Source: Magallana gigas (taxonomy: Eukaryota). Taken from it: a DNA stretch of 64,000 bases. Both the position numbers and the translations under genes were made by a program. Positions 1 through 13,119 of the stretch are shown one piece after another (position 1 is the first letter of the stretch; the number at the start of each line of letters is the position of its first letter). The notes beneath the pieces are model-generated. The model was not told the origin of the DNA. It searched no databases and saw only the letters and a program-made list of their open reading frames with translations. The DNA lies in NCBI RefSeq assembly GCF_963853765.1, contig NC_088854.1:12648001-12712000 (forward strand), read 5' to 3'.

Positions 1-244
1 TTCTCCCAATTGGGTGCCTCAGCCTCAAATGAGATGATAAGCTTACCTTGTGATTCATAGATAAAGCAAACGTGGTTCGTACGGCAGCAAAAAATTTACG
101 CTCTTGGATTTTAATTATATTTTCTTTAGTTTATATTTTAGTGCAATAGTTTTTAGTGTAGTTTGTGTGTTTTTAGTGACTTAGTGATTTTACGGACTTA
201 TCATTTATTTTTTGGAACTTTTTTTCTTGTTTAAAACTTGAACA

Positions 245-1260
245 ATGTCTAGCGGCGATACGCCCAGAGACAAGAGCTTAGCCTCAGAAACAATGGCCGT
301 CAATGGCAATGATTGTAACGATCAAACTCTTAAAGGTGCCGCACCTGAGAAAAACATTGAGTCAATTGTGTTCTCAATGCAGAAACAAATGACTGAAAAT
401 AAAAAAAAACTATGTTGACACTGACACAAACAATGCAAAAAAAAATGCAAGAACACGTGTTATGTGATCCGTTGAAGAGGGGAGAAAAGTGAAAAGCGCA
501 GGACATTCCCCAAACGGCTTCAACAAGCAAAACAAATGGGCAAGATAGTGAATCCGACACAGAGTCCGACGCAGACAACGACAGTTTTGAAGAGCTCCTC
601 GTCGAAGGGTCGAAAGAAAAAGAATCTGACGCTGACGATCTCTTGGAAGAGTTAGCGGAGGGCTTCGGTTCGGATGACAAATGTGGCGAACCGATATACG
701 AAAAGCTAGCGAAAGTCGCAAACGACGGCATGAGGACTAAACTTTACAACGAAAAAATCAAGGAAATTTCCGAGAAGTACTGCAGACCAAAAAACGTTAC
801 TAATTTGGTCACGCCAAAAGTGAACAGCGAAATCTGGACTCACTAAAACAGAAAAGTTAGGACTCAAGATGTCCGCCTTCAAAAGTCCCAGGCGCTGGTA
901 TGTAAAGCCATTGTGACAACTTCAACAACTTGATCTATTGTTGAAGGCCAAAAAGAAGGGGGGCAAATCAGCTCCAATGGGTGATGTTACACACAAGACT
1001 CGCAATGGACAGTCTAAAGCTCATGCCTTTTGTGTATTGTGACCTGTCAACCGACGCAGAGAACTTATAGTTCAGCCTGACAAAAACGAGGAGTTTAAAG
1101 TATTGTGCTCTAATGATCATCCCGAGACGGATAACTTGTTCAGTGACGACCTCAGAAAGTGGTAGAGGACATCGTGAAAGGAAACAAAGTTGGTTCCAAA
1201 ATATCGGGCTCTTTCCATAGAGATAATAAACCATACAGCCGAAAATCGTTTGGGCATTGA
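245..1260 (+). pseudogene. Degenerate DIRS/Ngaro (tyrosine-recombinase retrotransposon) ORF1/gag-like remnant; RT/RNaseH/YR not present
   Basis: ATG at 245, then frameshifted segments reading LEELAEGF...EKYCRPKNVTNLVTPKVNSEIWTH*NRKVRTQDVRLQKSQALVCKA and ...RRRELIVQPDKNEEFKVLCSNDHPETDNLFSDDL...VVEDIVKGNKVGSK. These match the YxRPxN..PxVNxEIW and RRRELIxP..LCS..LFGDDL motifs I recognise from invertebrate DIRS-type ORF1. Multiple stops and frameshifts. Confidence 0.72.
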
Positions 1261-4199
1261 AATTGTTTATCCATATGGTAAAAAAGGGGAAAAGTAAAGT
1301 TGCGCTATAGAATCAAATGAATGATGTTCTAGCTAATATATTTCATTAAATAAAATCGATATTTATTTACATTTAGATTCTATACTCATTTCAACTGAAG
1401 CCAGGTTTTGCGTATTATTAGAAATGTATAATGATAAATATTTTTTAAAGAGAATCTGCTGTTTTTATACAGAAGAGATAAACATATATCTAGCGGGCAT
1501 TTTCTAATCCGTAAAATACATAGAGATGCTCCACATTAGGCTTTTTGATGACTTTTGACAAATTGTATCAAGTAATGTGAGAATTTAATAACATCAGTTT
1601 GAATATGATGGAATCATGTGGGTGGATCTATACAGCAGTACAATAGTAAATTATAAACTCGATTTTTATGCTTTAGTACCGGTTTATGGGGGTGCAAACA
1701 TTAATTATTTGAGGCATCATATCATAAAAATGTAACTATCTTAAATATGTCAATTGGAACTTTTTGTAAGACCTTTGTAATCGCTAAGAGCTGAGCATCC
1801 GGTTCACATAGAATAGAGTTAATGGAGCGGATCCTCATTTTACTGTTTTAAAGTAGTAAGGATCCTTCAAGGATCCTGCTGTTCATCGAAGTATTATGTA
1901 TTTTTTTAAAAGATGAAATGAAGATTTTTGAAACTATTAATTTTATTTAAAACAAAGTGTACATTCAAAACAATTCTATTTAAAATGTCGTTGACATACC
2001 CATATAATGAAAAGAGTTTGTGTCACCTTTTTGTTTGAAACATTGCATTTGTCTTGAACTGTAACAAAAAGTGGCTTAAAAAGGAGAAATTGTCCCACAT
2101 ATATTACATGCACATACAGTTTCTCATTTTATTCATTTACCTCGATCAAACGGTGTCTTCACAGGCTAACTATTGTTATTTTGAAATATTTTGTTAAATT
2201 GAATACTGCAATAAAAGTGATGCATTATTAAACTAGCTGACTGTCCAGGGTGTTACCAGCGATTGGCCGATTTTACGAAAACATTGGCCTCCCTAATCTT
2301 GTATACACAAAAACTGCGGATAAATTTATAAACATGTCCGTTTTCTTGATGGAGGAGTATTCGTCTGTTAATTGGTGCATAATGCATACAAGTCATACAA
2401 AAAGTCATAAATACATCAAACATGTTTTTATAAATATATTTATTTGGTATTCCGTCATCATACATATAACATTCAAAGTGTACATACTTTGTTCCAAAAT
2501 TAAATGATTATTATTTCATAGACAAGGTGTTTGAAAAACATAAATATGATAAAAGGATAACCCATGAAAGCTCGACAGCCTTTTCCCGAAGGCGTTCTCT
2601 TAATAATATATGAAATATTTTTTTATTTACTATTTAGTTTAGTTCAAATTTTACAGTTCTACTATTTTTATTTTGTTCATTTATACAAATTAAACGATGC
2701 GACAACATTTAATAAGTATAACCTCTTGTGCATAATGTATCATATATTTAGAAAGTTAACATATTCAAACTACATAAATTTGAATTCCATGTTACCATTC
2801 ACATTAAAATAGATATAAATTTCTGTTGATTTCTGCTCCAATAGGTTTTGTTTTGATGTTGGGTCATCATGAAAAACATAGGTAAATAAAATCCCCTATC
2901 CTGTAATTAATTAAAACTTTAATTAACGATTTAGTAATTACTAGCATTGTAACCACATAGTTATAAATGTCTGAGACATGCATTTCAATCCATTCAAACA
3001 CGAATAGTAGTTTTTCCTTGTTTTTTTTGGTAAATTTTATGACATTTGGAAAGAAAGAAATCGATTCGATTGAGAGCATTATCAATAATAAATAAAAAAA
3101 CAACCATCAGTTTCCTAAAAGATAACTTAATGTATTTCACTGAAATAGAGCACTTTCCCCCTAGGACGTTTATTTATGTAGCATTTATGTCTTTAAAGGG
3201 TTGTATTATCCAGATATTGCATTCACCAATACACCTATCCTATTTTAGGAATTACAGGTTTACTATTAATACATTGTATATCTCTGTAAATCTATAGTAT
3301 ACATGAACGAATTCGGTGACAATCCAAATAGTAATAGTTGCTCTTTTTTCTGTATGAGCTTCTTATTGTCTTTGAATTTTAATAGCTTTTTTTTACTTTG
3401 AGCCATGAAAGCTGTATTGTGAATACAAATTATTCACAAAGAAAAACTTCAATGAAGTCGAGATTTTAAATTAAGGAAAAATGCTAGAAAAAAACGAGTT
3501 ATGCAACGGAAGAACCGTTGTCCTTAAAAAACATATGCTGCGCAATTTCATTGGTTGCAAAGTATTTTAATTTTTATTCAAGAACAGCACCAAAAAGAGG
3601 ATACCTGACCGCATTTTTGTTTGAACCTTTTTTCGTCCAATCGTATATTTGCGACCAATATGCTAAATACATGTAGAAAGAATTTCGTTATTTTGAATAT
3701 AAACGATTAAATTACCACTTCTTTAAACAATGAGTTCATTGCAAAATGTATAAACATAAAAAAGCAAAGTTTAATCCTAAGTAACCCCAAACTTTTCTAT
3801 GCAAAAAGATTAAAATGAAAGAAAAACTTAAAAATTGTAATTCAGTAAATGACATTATGTTGGGTTGAAGGTCAGATAAGAAATCGTGTTTATGAACATA
3901 TAGGACTTTCAAAAATCGACCAGCTTCTGGCCTTAAACCCAACACATTGCCATCCAATGAACTTCTGTTACAATGACTCTTAATAGAACCCGTAAAGTGT
4001 GCACTTGTTTTTGATTTAAGTTAACTCATTAAAATCAGTTCAATGCACACGTTCAATCCTGACCTTCAACACAACTGGGGTTGTCATATCACATATCAAA
4101 GCGATGATGATTTCGTTGAAACTAAAGCACTCAAAATTATATTTATTTTGGTTTTTGACCTTAAAGGGGGCGTGAGGTGAAGGAAAAAGGATGGATTAG

Positions 4200-4518
4200 A
4201 TAGAGGTTGGATCAGGTGCTTAGGAGGAGTAAGCATCCCCTGCTGATCGGTTGCACTCGTAGTGTGCTTAAAAATAACTGACGTTAAAATCAATCAAATT
4301 AATTCTAACGTCAATTATTTTTAAATGTATTGTGAAATAAAATAAAAAAAACAACCCTTGCGCGAACACGGACTTCCATTACATTGGAGGCGGGATCAGG
4401 TGCCTAGGGGCGGGGGTGGGGGTAAGCATAACCTGCTCATCGGTTGCACCCTTAGTGTGCTAAAAAATTAAGTGACAATTGATTTTAACGTCACTTATTT
4501 TTAAATGTATTGTGAAAC
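4200..4518. repeat. Two tandem (~185 bp period) copies of a Penelope-associated terminal/UTR repeat motif
   Basis: GGATCAGGTGC(C/T)TAGG...GTAAGCAT...CGGTTGCAC starts at 4209 and at 4393. Both copies are followed by AACGTCA..TTATTTTTAAATGTATTGTGAAA. The same GGATCAGGTGCC..GGAGGAGT core occurs at 49166 in the 3' UTR of the Penelope-like remnant. Confidence 0.6.
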
Positions 4519-4561
4519 ATCTGAGGAAGAAATGAAAGCACTTACGTTCTGCGATTAGTGT

Positions 4562-4691
4562 NNNNNNNNNNNNNNNNNNNNNNNNNNNNNNNNNNNNNNN
4601 NNNNNNNNNNNNNNNNNNNNNNNNNNNNNNNNNNNNNNNNNNNNNNNNNNNNNNNNNNNNNNNNNNNNNNNNNNNNNNNNNNNNNNNNNNN
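4562..4691. other. Assembly gap (130 N)
   Basis: Run of N. Confidence 0.99.
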
Positions 4692-7600
4692 AAGTGATAA
4701 AAGTTGTAAAGATAAATTATGCAAGTAAGTAAACATTTGTACTTTTATCATAATCAAGAATATTCCAACCGACAGGTATTTAAAAAAGCAGGTTTATAAA
4801 AGTATCATATCATTATCATTATAAAATAATTTACCTTCATCTATAAAATTACAACAGCAAAACCAATTTGTTACAATGGTATCAACATATAATACACACA
4901 TAAGATACGATGGCCGTCTAAACCAGCAAATCATCATAAATATACACAAGCATAGCAATTAAACGATAAATCATTCTGCAACACTGAGGTATAATTGTGT
5001 ATTAAAAGTGCAAAACAATTTATAAAATAAAAAGTGCAAATTCTGCATTGAAAGCAGTCTTTAAGGATAAGACTTCTATCCAAATTGTCTTTACTGTTGA
5101 GGATGTCTGTTATTTATAATATTTTTTGGTCATACACAACTATGTGCTTTTAAGAAATGTATATGCCAAAAATTCCAAATGTATTATAAGGCTTTGAACA
5201 TTTGGTGAAAGATAAAATAACTCCTAAACAATTAAAGTATTATGATATACTGCCTGATCGATGATATAATAAAGATAAAGTCTACTTTCACAAAAAGTTA
5301 CGTATCACAGCAAAAATCGGGTATCTGCTATCACAATTTCCAACAACATTTTTACTTCAATATGCAAAAAATTATGAATGGCCATGTAAGAAAACGTTGC
5401 TGAATCAACCTGGTGCTCTTGACTTCCTATTTTTAATATGGAGAATGTTTATGTTTTTGAGAATGGGCGGGGTGGGAAATAGTCTTTAATTTGGTGTTCA
5501 AGAAGCAAGGTGAACGAAGGATGATATCTCACAATTTCAAAATTGCTCCAAAAATTGGACGGTAGAAAAAAAACCCTCATCATATATAGTCAAGTGAATT
5601 AGTTGCCATTACAAATTAAATCGGCAATTTTGATTGATTGCGTTCTATCAACTTAACCTTCGTTAATTGACAAAATATACAGCTGTGTAATCAGTGCAAA
5701 AAGGTCTGAATGAAATTTATAAAAAGTCGACTTATCCATACCTTTGAGTGCAAAATAATTCTTATAACGACAAACACCATGTAAAGCATATTAGTAAGGC
5801 TAAATGGTTTATCTTTAAATAATTCAACTTATACCTGAGTTAATCAAGGAAAATAAGAGTAAAGAAATTCATTTCAACTTTACTTGTAAGATGTTCCCCT
5901 ATTACACAATAAAAGGACAATCTGTATAGAAATGAAGCTTTCTAAATTAACGTAGAGTCAAATGAATATTCTGATGAACGAATGAATAGAACAGACAGCT
6001 AAGGCGACAACAGCTGCCACGCGCTCCCATTTCTGTGTGTAAACCGTCAAATCAGATGAAATGATGTGGGTCGATTTTTCAAAAACGTTTGACAGTTAGT
6101 TTGGCAGCTTCCTTGCCACCCATACCTGTGGCATATGCGTGATCATATAAATTGTAGTAGGGGGTTAAAGATATAGGGAAAATATTACATTACTTTCAAT
6201 TCAATATCGATAAGATTTTATCATTTTGGAACTCAATATAAATGATTTTATGAATGAACTGCTACATACAAGTATATGTATTGATGTGAGTTATAAAGTT
6301 GTTAAACTTACAATTTAGTGATCAAGAAGAGAAAATAAAAACTCTTTAAAAGTTTGATATTTTTTAGGGAAACGTCTCCAACGTGGAAGTGCACGTGGGT
6401 CACCCTTTTACAATTATTGCATGCATTGTATCTTTTATTCCGAGATTCGGTATTTGTAAGATTTAATGTACATGTATTATCGCTTTTATACTTGTTTTAT
6501 TAGCCAAACAATAAATACATGGAAAGGATAAAAGAATTAAATAAAACAGATTCCTCCCTATGTTCTACGTGCAATAAATAGCAACTATGCCATGTCCATC
6601 ATATTTGATAAATCATCATAGTGATATTGCCAGCGACGCTTAGAAAATTCACCATCTTTATAACGCAAAGGAAGCTAAAAATTATATTGAACGGCGAAAA
6701 CTGAAGAGAAATTAATAAGGTTTAAACAAAATATCAAACGTCCTTACAAATAAGATTGATCTGAATTACACTAAACATAACACCCAATGGCCCTCACTAA
6801 AGAACAAGTTTTGCTGTACCCAAAAGGTTAAATCATGGTATTTTATTTCACAAATAGTGATAGATTGGACCATAAGACTTCAATCAATAGTATTAAATTC
6901 ATGTCAGATAAATTATTTTTAACGTACACATTTGTGCAGCAACAAGTTTCATAAGAGGAAAAATGGAAAAAAATGTTGTTTCATACAGTCACACTCCTTT
7001 ACATAGTTACCTTACATTAAAACTATACCAACTATCATTTAGCATTATATTCTTTAATGAGAGATAATTTCTGTACTGAGTGCTGTCTAAAGTCATAACT
7101 AATAATGTTTTTGTACATTTCATATTCTCTACGTATTCAATCTTCTTAATTATTATTAACAATTATCAATTATTATAATCCAACTACATTTGTATTCACA
7201 AACTTTAACATCTTTCGGCTTTTTTGTCAAAAACATTGCAATCGAATATATGGATGTTTTAAATCAGAGTGTAAAATATTTTGTGTACAGGCATTTCAGG
7301 ACTGGCCTAAATAGTTCTATATACATTTATATCAATTCAGTAGATGTTTCACTTCGGAAGTCGACTTTTAAAAACTGTACATCTGTATAACTACAACTAT
7401 AACTATTGGTCTTCTGAATTGTAATAAATCAAGAAAGTGACACCTATAGGTCTTGTCTGCCTTTTTATTACTTTTGTGTGCATTAAAATATTCTTGGCTT
7501 CTCACAATGCTTAAAACTGAAAACCTTGAAATGTGGTTTTGATACAAATTGCCGCTTTCTTCAATTAGCCAGTGTACAGTTAACAAAGGAGATCAACATC

Positions 7601-8674
7601 AAAGCAGAAACAAAAAATTATATTTATGGCCGTCAATATTCTTTACAATATTAATCTTACAAAAAACTTTTAAAAATAAACAGAAGTCTAACAGGAGACC
7701 ATGTCAGTATACACATGAATTATATTAATGGGATGAAACTTGTCATATTATAAGTATGTATATATTACGTTTTTGTTATCTTTGTGAAATCGCTGTACCG
7801 GGGGAGGGGATCAGGGGAGATATTTATAGGAAGTGATTTCTTGTTAAGGCATTCATAAACAATATTTGTTGTCGCTTAATACTGCAATCGCTGTATAAAG
7901 AAGTATCGATATTAAATAAGTATGGTTTTTCCCTCATTATTGCATAATTGATATTTGTCAAGTTTTCATACTCTCAATTTATATAGAAAATTAAATGTAC
8001 AAGTATTGTTTTTGTACGTTTAAATTCAAAATTACTATATATTCATGTACCTAAAGTTAATCCTAGTACATTGTACACTTACATACGAAAAGAGAAACGA
8101 CGTTACCTTAATTTTTTAATTCGTAATAAAAAGTTGAATGTTTGACCACACCCTCTTCCTTTTGTCTCCTTATCGCCTGATTGAAGCCCTGACAGTTATT
8201 TTCGAGAAACTGTAAAACTTCCCCTTCCATTGATTGATACACAAACAATCGATTACACTGAATTACGACTGACAGAAAAACGATCGATAATTTATGGAAT
8301 TCTGTGGTGCACTGTTATATGACACGGAGGGCGCCAACTTCCACAGCCTACCGACAGTACGTGGATGTACTAAGTACATTCTCAGTACACAAAAATTCCC
8401 CCTTTTTCTCTTTTATCACAATGAAATTTTAAACGTAGTATGATTTTCAAAATTTTTTTTATACAATACTGCAGTGACAATACCTGGTTGTAATAAGAGC
8501 CCACACTATTACGATATTATGGATTTAATGCACATGTCTTCATATAACAGACTCGCTAGCTGGTGGGTCTATTGTAATAAAACAAAATTGTATTATATTA
8601 TACTTACATGTAACATATTTTTTAGTGTACTCAACTCTGTAATTGGCGTGATTGACTCTCCAGTGGTGTTTGAT

Positions 8675-8903
8675 TATTGAGACTCCTAATTAAACGCGAG
8701 GGAATTAACATCCGCGTTAAATCGTGAGAAGGAATCCTCGCGATTTTTCAAATCTTGTTTTTATTTTTTAGACAGTAAACTCTCAGCTTTAGGAAATTGT
8801 AACAACAAATTGGTGCTCATGATTTTATATTCTCATGATTTGATGCAAAACAGTAGAATCGCGGATTTTAAAAGTACTCGCGTAAAATAAGGAATTTACA
8901 GTA
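8675..8903. mobile_element. ~230 bp MITE with TACTGTA-type imperfect terminal inverted repeats
   Basis: Left end TATTGAGACTCCTAATTAAACGCGAG versus reverse complement of the right end TACTGTAAATTCCTTATTTTACGCGAG. Interior is CGCG-rich against an AT-rich background. TA at both termini. Confidence 0.62.
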
Positions 8904-11900
8904 TTACCGGAACTAAAAAAAAGGAAGAACCTCCCTAATGTTAAACTTTGTAACTGATATACAGTATATCTATGTACATAAATTACTGGTATATACTTAA
9001 ACCAACCAGTATATTTCCTTAAAGGTATTAATGGTATACATTTGATGACACAGCATATCGATTAAAAACGAATCAAGATGAAATAATCATGGGAGAGGTA
9101 CCACAACTGTGTAAAAACCACCAAATATTGTGGTATCTTGTGACATGGAATCCTACTAGAAGTGCTCGTGTTTAAGGAAAACATGTATTAAACTTAATGA
9201 TTTTTAGTTAAACGTGGGCAAAATTTAAAAAAGATCATATATTTGTAGATTGTCTTTCTCTACCAAAGGCCATTCTGATGTCTGCTCGTCAAGAACAGTT
9301 TGAGGAATTATAATTGGAAAAGCAAATATAATGTCTATTTACACAGGGTTTTAAGGTCTAGCTTCCTTGATGATGCAGACCTTTGGAACTCGAATGATCT
9401 CTACATTTACTAAACGTTTCCATTTGCTAGACAAGATATATCTTAAACCTAGCTTGTGATTCTTAATTAGAAATTTTGGCTTCTTCAGACGAGCTCGCAT
9501 TCTTTTGTTATTAGTCCTGACCAATGATGTTACTGTTATACATAATAAATCATTTGCTAAACCTAAAAAAAAACCCCGAACTACATATTTAATGGAAAAC
9601 CTTTACAAAATACGAGAAACCTGGGCTCTATTTCAATCATTTTGCAGCATAAGACCTGTTGGATGCATTGAGTTATGAAAATATAGATCTCTACTACATT
9701 GTTGTAAAAGGCAAACATCACGATATACTTAATACGTTTGAGCAAAAAAATAAGTATCACATCGGTAAATGTTTCCACAATATAACACTACAGAAGGAAA
9801 ACAAATCTTAAAAATTCAGTTATACTCTGTCCCAAGTTTTTGCTTCCGCCACTTTATGCTCAATATCTCAATAATTTTAAATACCTTTGAACCCAAACTA
9901 AGTTCATCCATCAGTACGGAAAATGTCCAGATTTTCTGTTTTGAAACGCCCCCTCTACCCTTCAGGTTTCAATACATAACCCAAAATAAAAAGTCTACGG
10001 GGATTTTGCATGCAAACGACATGAAAAGTACCCGGATGATAACGTTGAAAAATTGTGCGAGGTGTCCCGAGTACTTCCGAACGGAGAAAAGATGTAAACA
10101 TTTCCCATTATAAATCTCCGTAAGAAATTTTTTTTTGTTCACATCAATTCTTCTGGGTAAATATTGATGAAGTGTCAGTGAAGAAATCTTGGATATTTCC
10201 CCTTATATCGATTTCAGGTATGTGTATTTTTGTTTTAATTCATCAAAAAGTGACGGAAGCAGTAACCTGGGACAGACTATAGTATGTCTCTCGACAAAAT
10301 ATTCGAAGAAAATGTTACAATGTATTTGTTACCCATCTCATCAGCTAACGCCATAAAAAGGGCAAGCGATACGGCATTCTTTCAAAATATCTAACTCAAA
10401 TCAGGTCTACCCTCAAAACAACATGTTTCCGTTTGTATGTAAAAAGACTGCTCACTCCCCCGGAAGCTGCTGCATGTGCCTTGAAAGAACTAGTCCCTGT
10501 GAAAATCGATCATCATCTAAAAAATACATGTGTTAAATATCCTTCTCAGTGGTACAATTTTTTTTTAAACCAAGTAAAGGAAAATGTACATATGCAGTCA
10601 AGAAAAAAAATAATTCTGAAGTACATGTGTATATATATGAAACTACAATTCACCCTTTAAATTTTGGTCGTTCACCGGATCAGGTAATGTCAATTTCTCC
10701 CATAGAGGTTACCAAAATACTACGGGTAATGTCTGTCACCCAGATCTGAACGGAAAACATGTAATGTGCAGGATAGTTTGACATTTAGCTCGGGGTCTTA
10801 AACTCAAGATGAGCCTATTGCTCTTAAAAATGATACAAGAGTTTCAAGTTTGTTGTCAGATAAGCAAAGGGTTCTGAAAATGTTATGAAGGCAACATTTG
10901 CTTGGTGTATCGAGTAACTTGTACAATTTTTATTGAGGGTGTAAATTTTATCATATACGCCCAAGCTTTCAGATAACAAATGCATTTATTTAGTCTTTAT
11001 CTTAACACAAAAAGTGACATAATGTTTTAACCACATAAAATATTTATCATATAACAATTGTAAATATTTTGTTTAACGTTGTTGATTAAGTCTACATGAA
11101 GTACACACTGTCAAGGCTTTCCATTGTTATGACGTCTGGTAGTTTATATTCATGTGTATTACCTACGAGTAAATATGTCAATCAAACACAAAACATATGC
11201 CCTATTGCAAGGATGCCAGGTGTCTCCACAGGGGCATACATTAGAAACGTTAATGTAATGTTTTCACATCGGAAGTTTTTTCATTACATAAAATTTGTTT
11301 CACTCTCTCTTTAAATTGAACATCGAAACGAGGCAATGCAATTTTGAATAAAATGACACAAGACACATATATACTACTTATAACATTTATACCTGACTAA
11401 ATACATATTTCATTGAACAGGTTTACATATCAGTACACATTTAAAATTGTGTAATTGTTTTTGGCTTTAATTTCGTAACATTACGACAACTATATATAGT
11501 GTATCTATATTTGAGTTTTGAAATGGTCATTACTTCTTCATTGAATCATTGGATTTTCTTACTCTACTTAAGCACGCACAAAACTGGTGAATACATATTC
11601 TGAAATTATTTTGCGCTTTCTGGGTCATCTGCGTTTTATTAAAAAATAATTTGAGTTTTCATATTAATCAAGGTAAGCATATGAATCACGCTTACCTTTG
11701 ATGCCATTTATGCAAATAATGGGCAACGAGTTTTTACGATTATAACTTAAAATTTTGAAGCCTAATCTACAATGCAAAGAACCACCTGTGAATTCGTCTA
11801 AACCTTGCAGGAATAAAGTAATTAGATTTTCAAATCTGTACTTTTCCATTAACTCTTTATTAAATAGGACTTCATTAAGCTGTTTATTCAATTAATGGAA

Positions 11901-12914
11901 ATACTTAATTTATTTCAAACCTATGACATTAATTTTTCTGTCAGATAATCTTAATTTTAGATGTGATAAAGGTATCAGCCAGAGTCGTTATAATTTTTCA
12001 AACAATGCGATTCTTGGAAAATTCGCTGTTAAACATTAACGATAATGGTTTCAAAGAGGCAAAGTGCAAAATTGGCTGAAGATATCAGTTTTATACATCA
12101 ACTTATAAATTACACCACTGTATCAGGAATTTTACTTTTGGTATAGAAAAAAAGTACTGTTAGCAGGAGAAAAGTCACACTCGTTTACAGTTAAATTGTA
12201 CAACTAATTTCAGAAACATATGAAGCACAAAATAAACGTGTTTAGGCTGACAATGTTTGCACTACCGTATACGCGCCTCTATGCCCCAAGGATTAATACA
12301 GCACCCTTACGACATGATGCTTAGACGAGTCATCAGTAGAATAAAGTTGCACATAAGCAGTACCCATAGAGAAACCCATTCCGGATAAGACCTAGTGCTT
12401 GATTTTTGGATGTAAATGGTGGAAGGGGATGCAAAAACGTAAAATTTCAAATCAAACATACTGTTTAAAAAGAACCATAATTATATGAGTAGTATATTTT
12501 TATCTTCCTTTTTTTTTGCTTAATCATAATATTTACAAATCTTTGATTTTTACAAAAGCATATGTCTTTGCTCGACAATAAATGTGTACCTTAATTATAA
12601 TTTGCACGGGCTAAAAAAACGCCCATGAACAAACAAAGTGCACAGGTTCAGGAAACTACGTGAAATCACAAACGCCAAGTAAACAAAGAAAAAAGGTAAG
12701 CATGCAAAAAATCAATTACACGTCACGGCACGAAATAAGCAAAGAAATTACTAGAGCGTGTAATAAATTATAAACAACTACCGGGTTTTCTGGAACCATT
12801 AACAGAATAAAGACAAACAGTTATTGAACGTTGAATCAACCAATCTACGTCGACGGAGGGCTGAACAAAGATAATCGTCACGCTTCGCCAGCCGTGGACC
12901 GTGGCGCGTGCAAC

Positions 12915-13100
12915 TATAAAACAGACGACAGGTTGGTTAATTGTATATTGCTATCAAACTCCTCTACTGAAAACAGTAAGTATTGTAGCAAAACTACACA
13001 GAAAGAACCTTTAATCGAAAGATTATACCTATGTTTATTTTCTGTTTTAACCTTACAACAAGAAAATGTTTTAACTTTATTATGTTGTTTTCCTTTGCAG
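12915..13100 (+). promoter_or_regulatory. Putative core promoter, short 5'UTR exon and 5'UTR intron of ANK gene A
   Basis: TATAAAA at 12915-12921 after a GC/CpG-rich patch; consensus donor A|GTAAGT at 12975/12976; acceptor TTTCCTTTGCAG ending at 13100, 19 nt before the ATG at 13120. Confidence 0.5.
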
Positions 13101-13119
13101 GATCGGTAAACCGTCAATC

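Noticed and set aside
330-731. Ser-rich minus-strand ORFs (133 aa and 103 aa)
   Set aside because: Antisense shadow of the acidic DIRS ORF1 relic on the plus strand.
11664-11891. Minus ORF containing LFLQGLDEF, resembling a NACHT Walker B (hhhhDGLDE)
   Set aside because: Key Asp is Gln, no Walker A or other NACHT motif nearby, no exon chain found.
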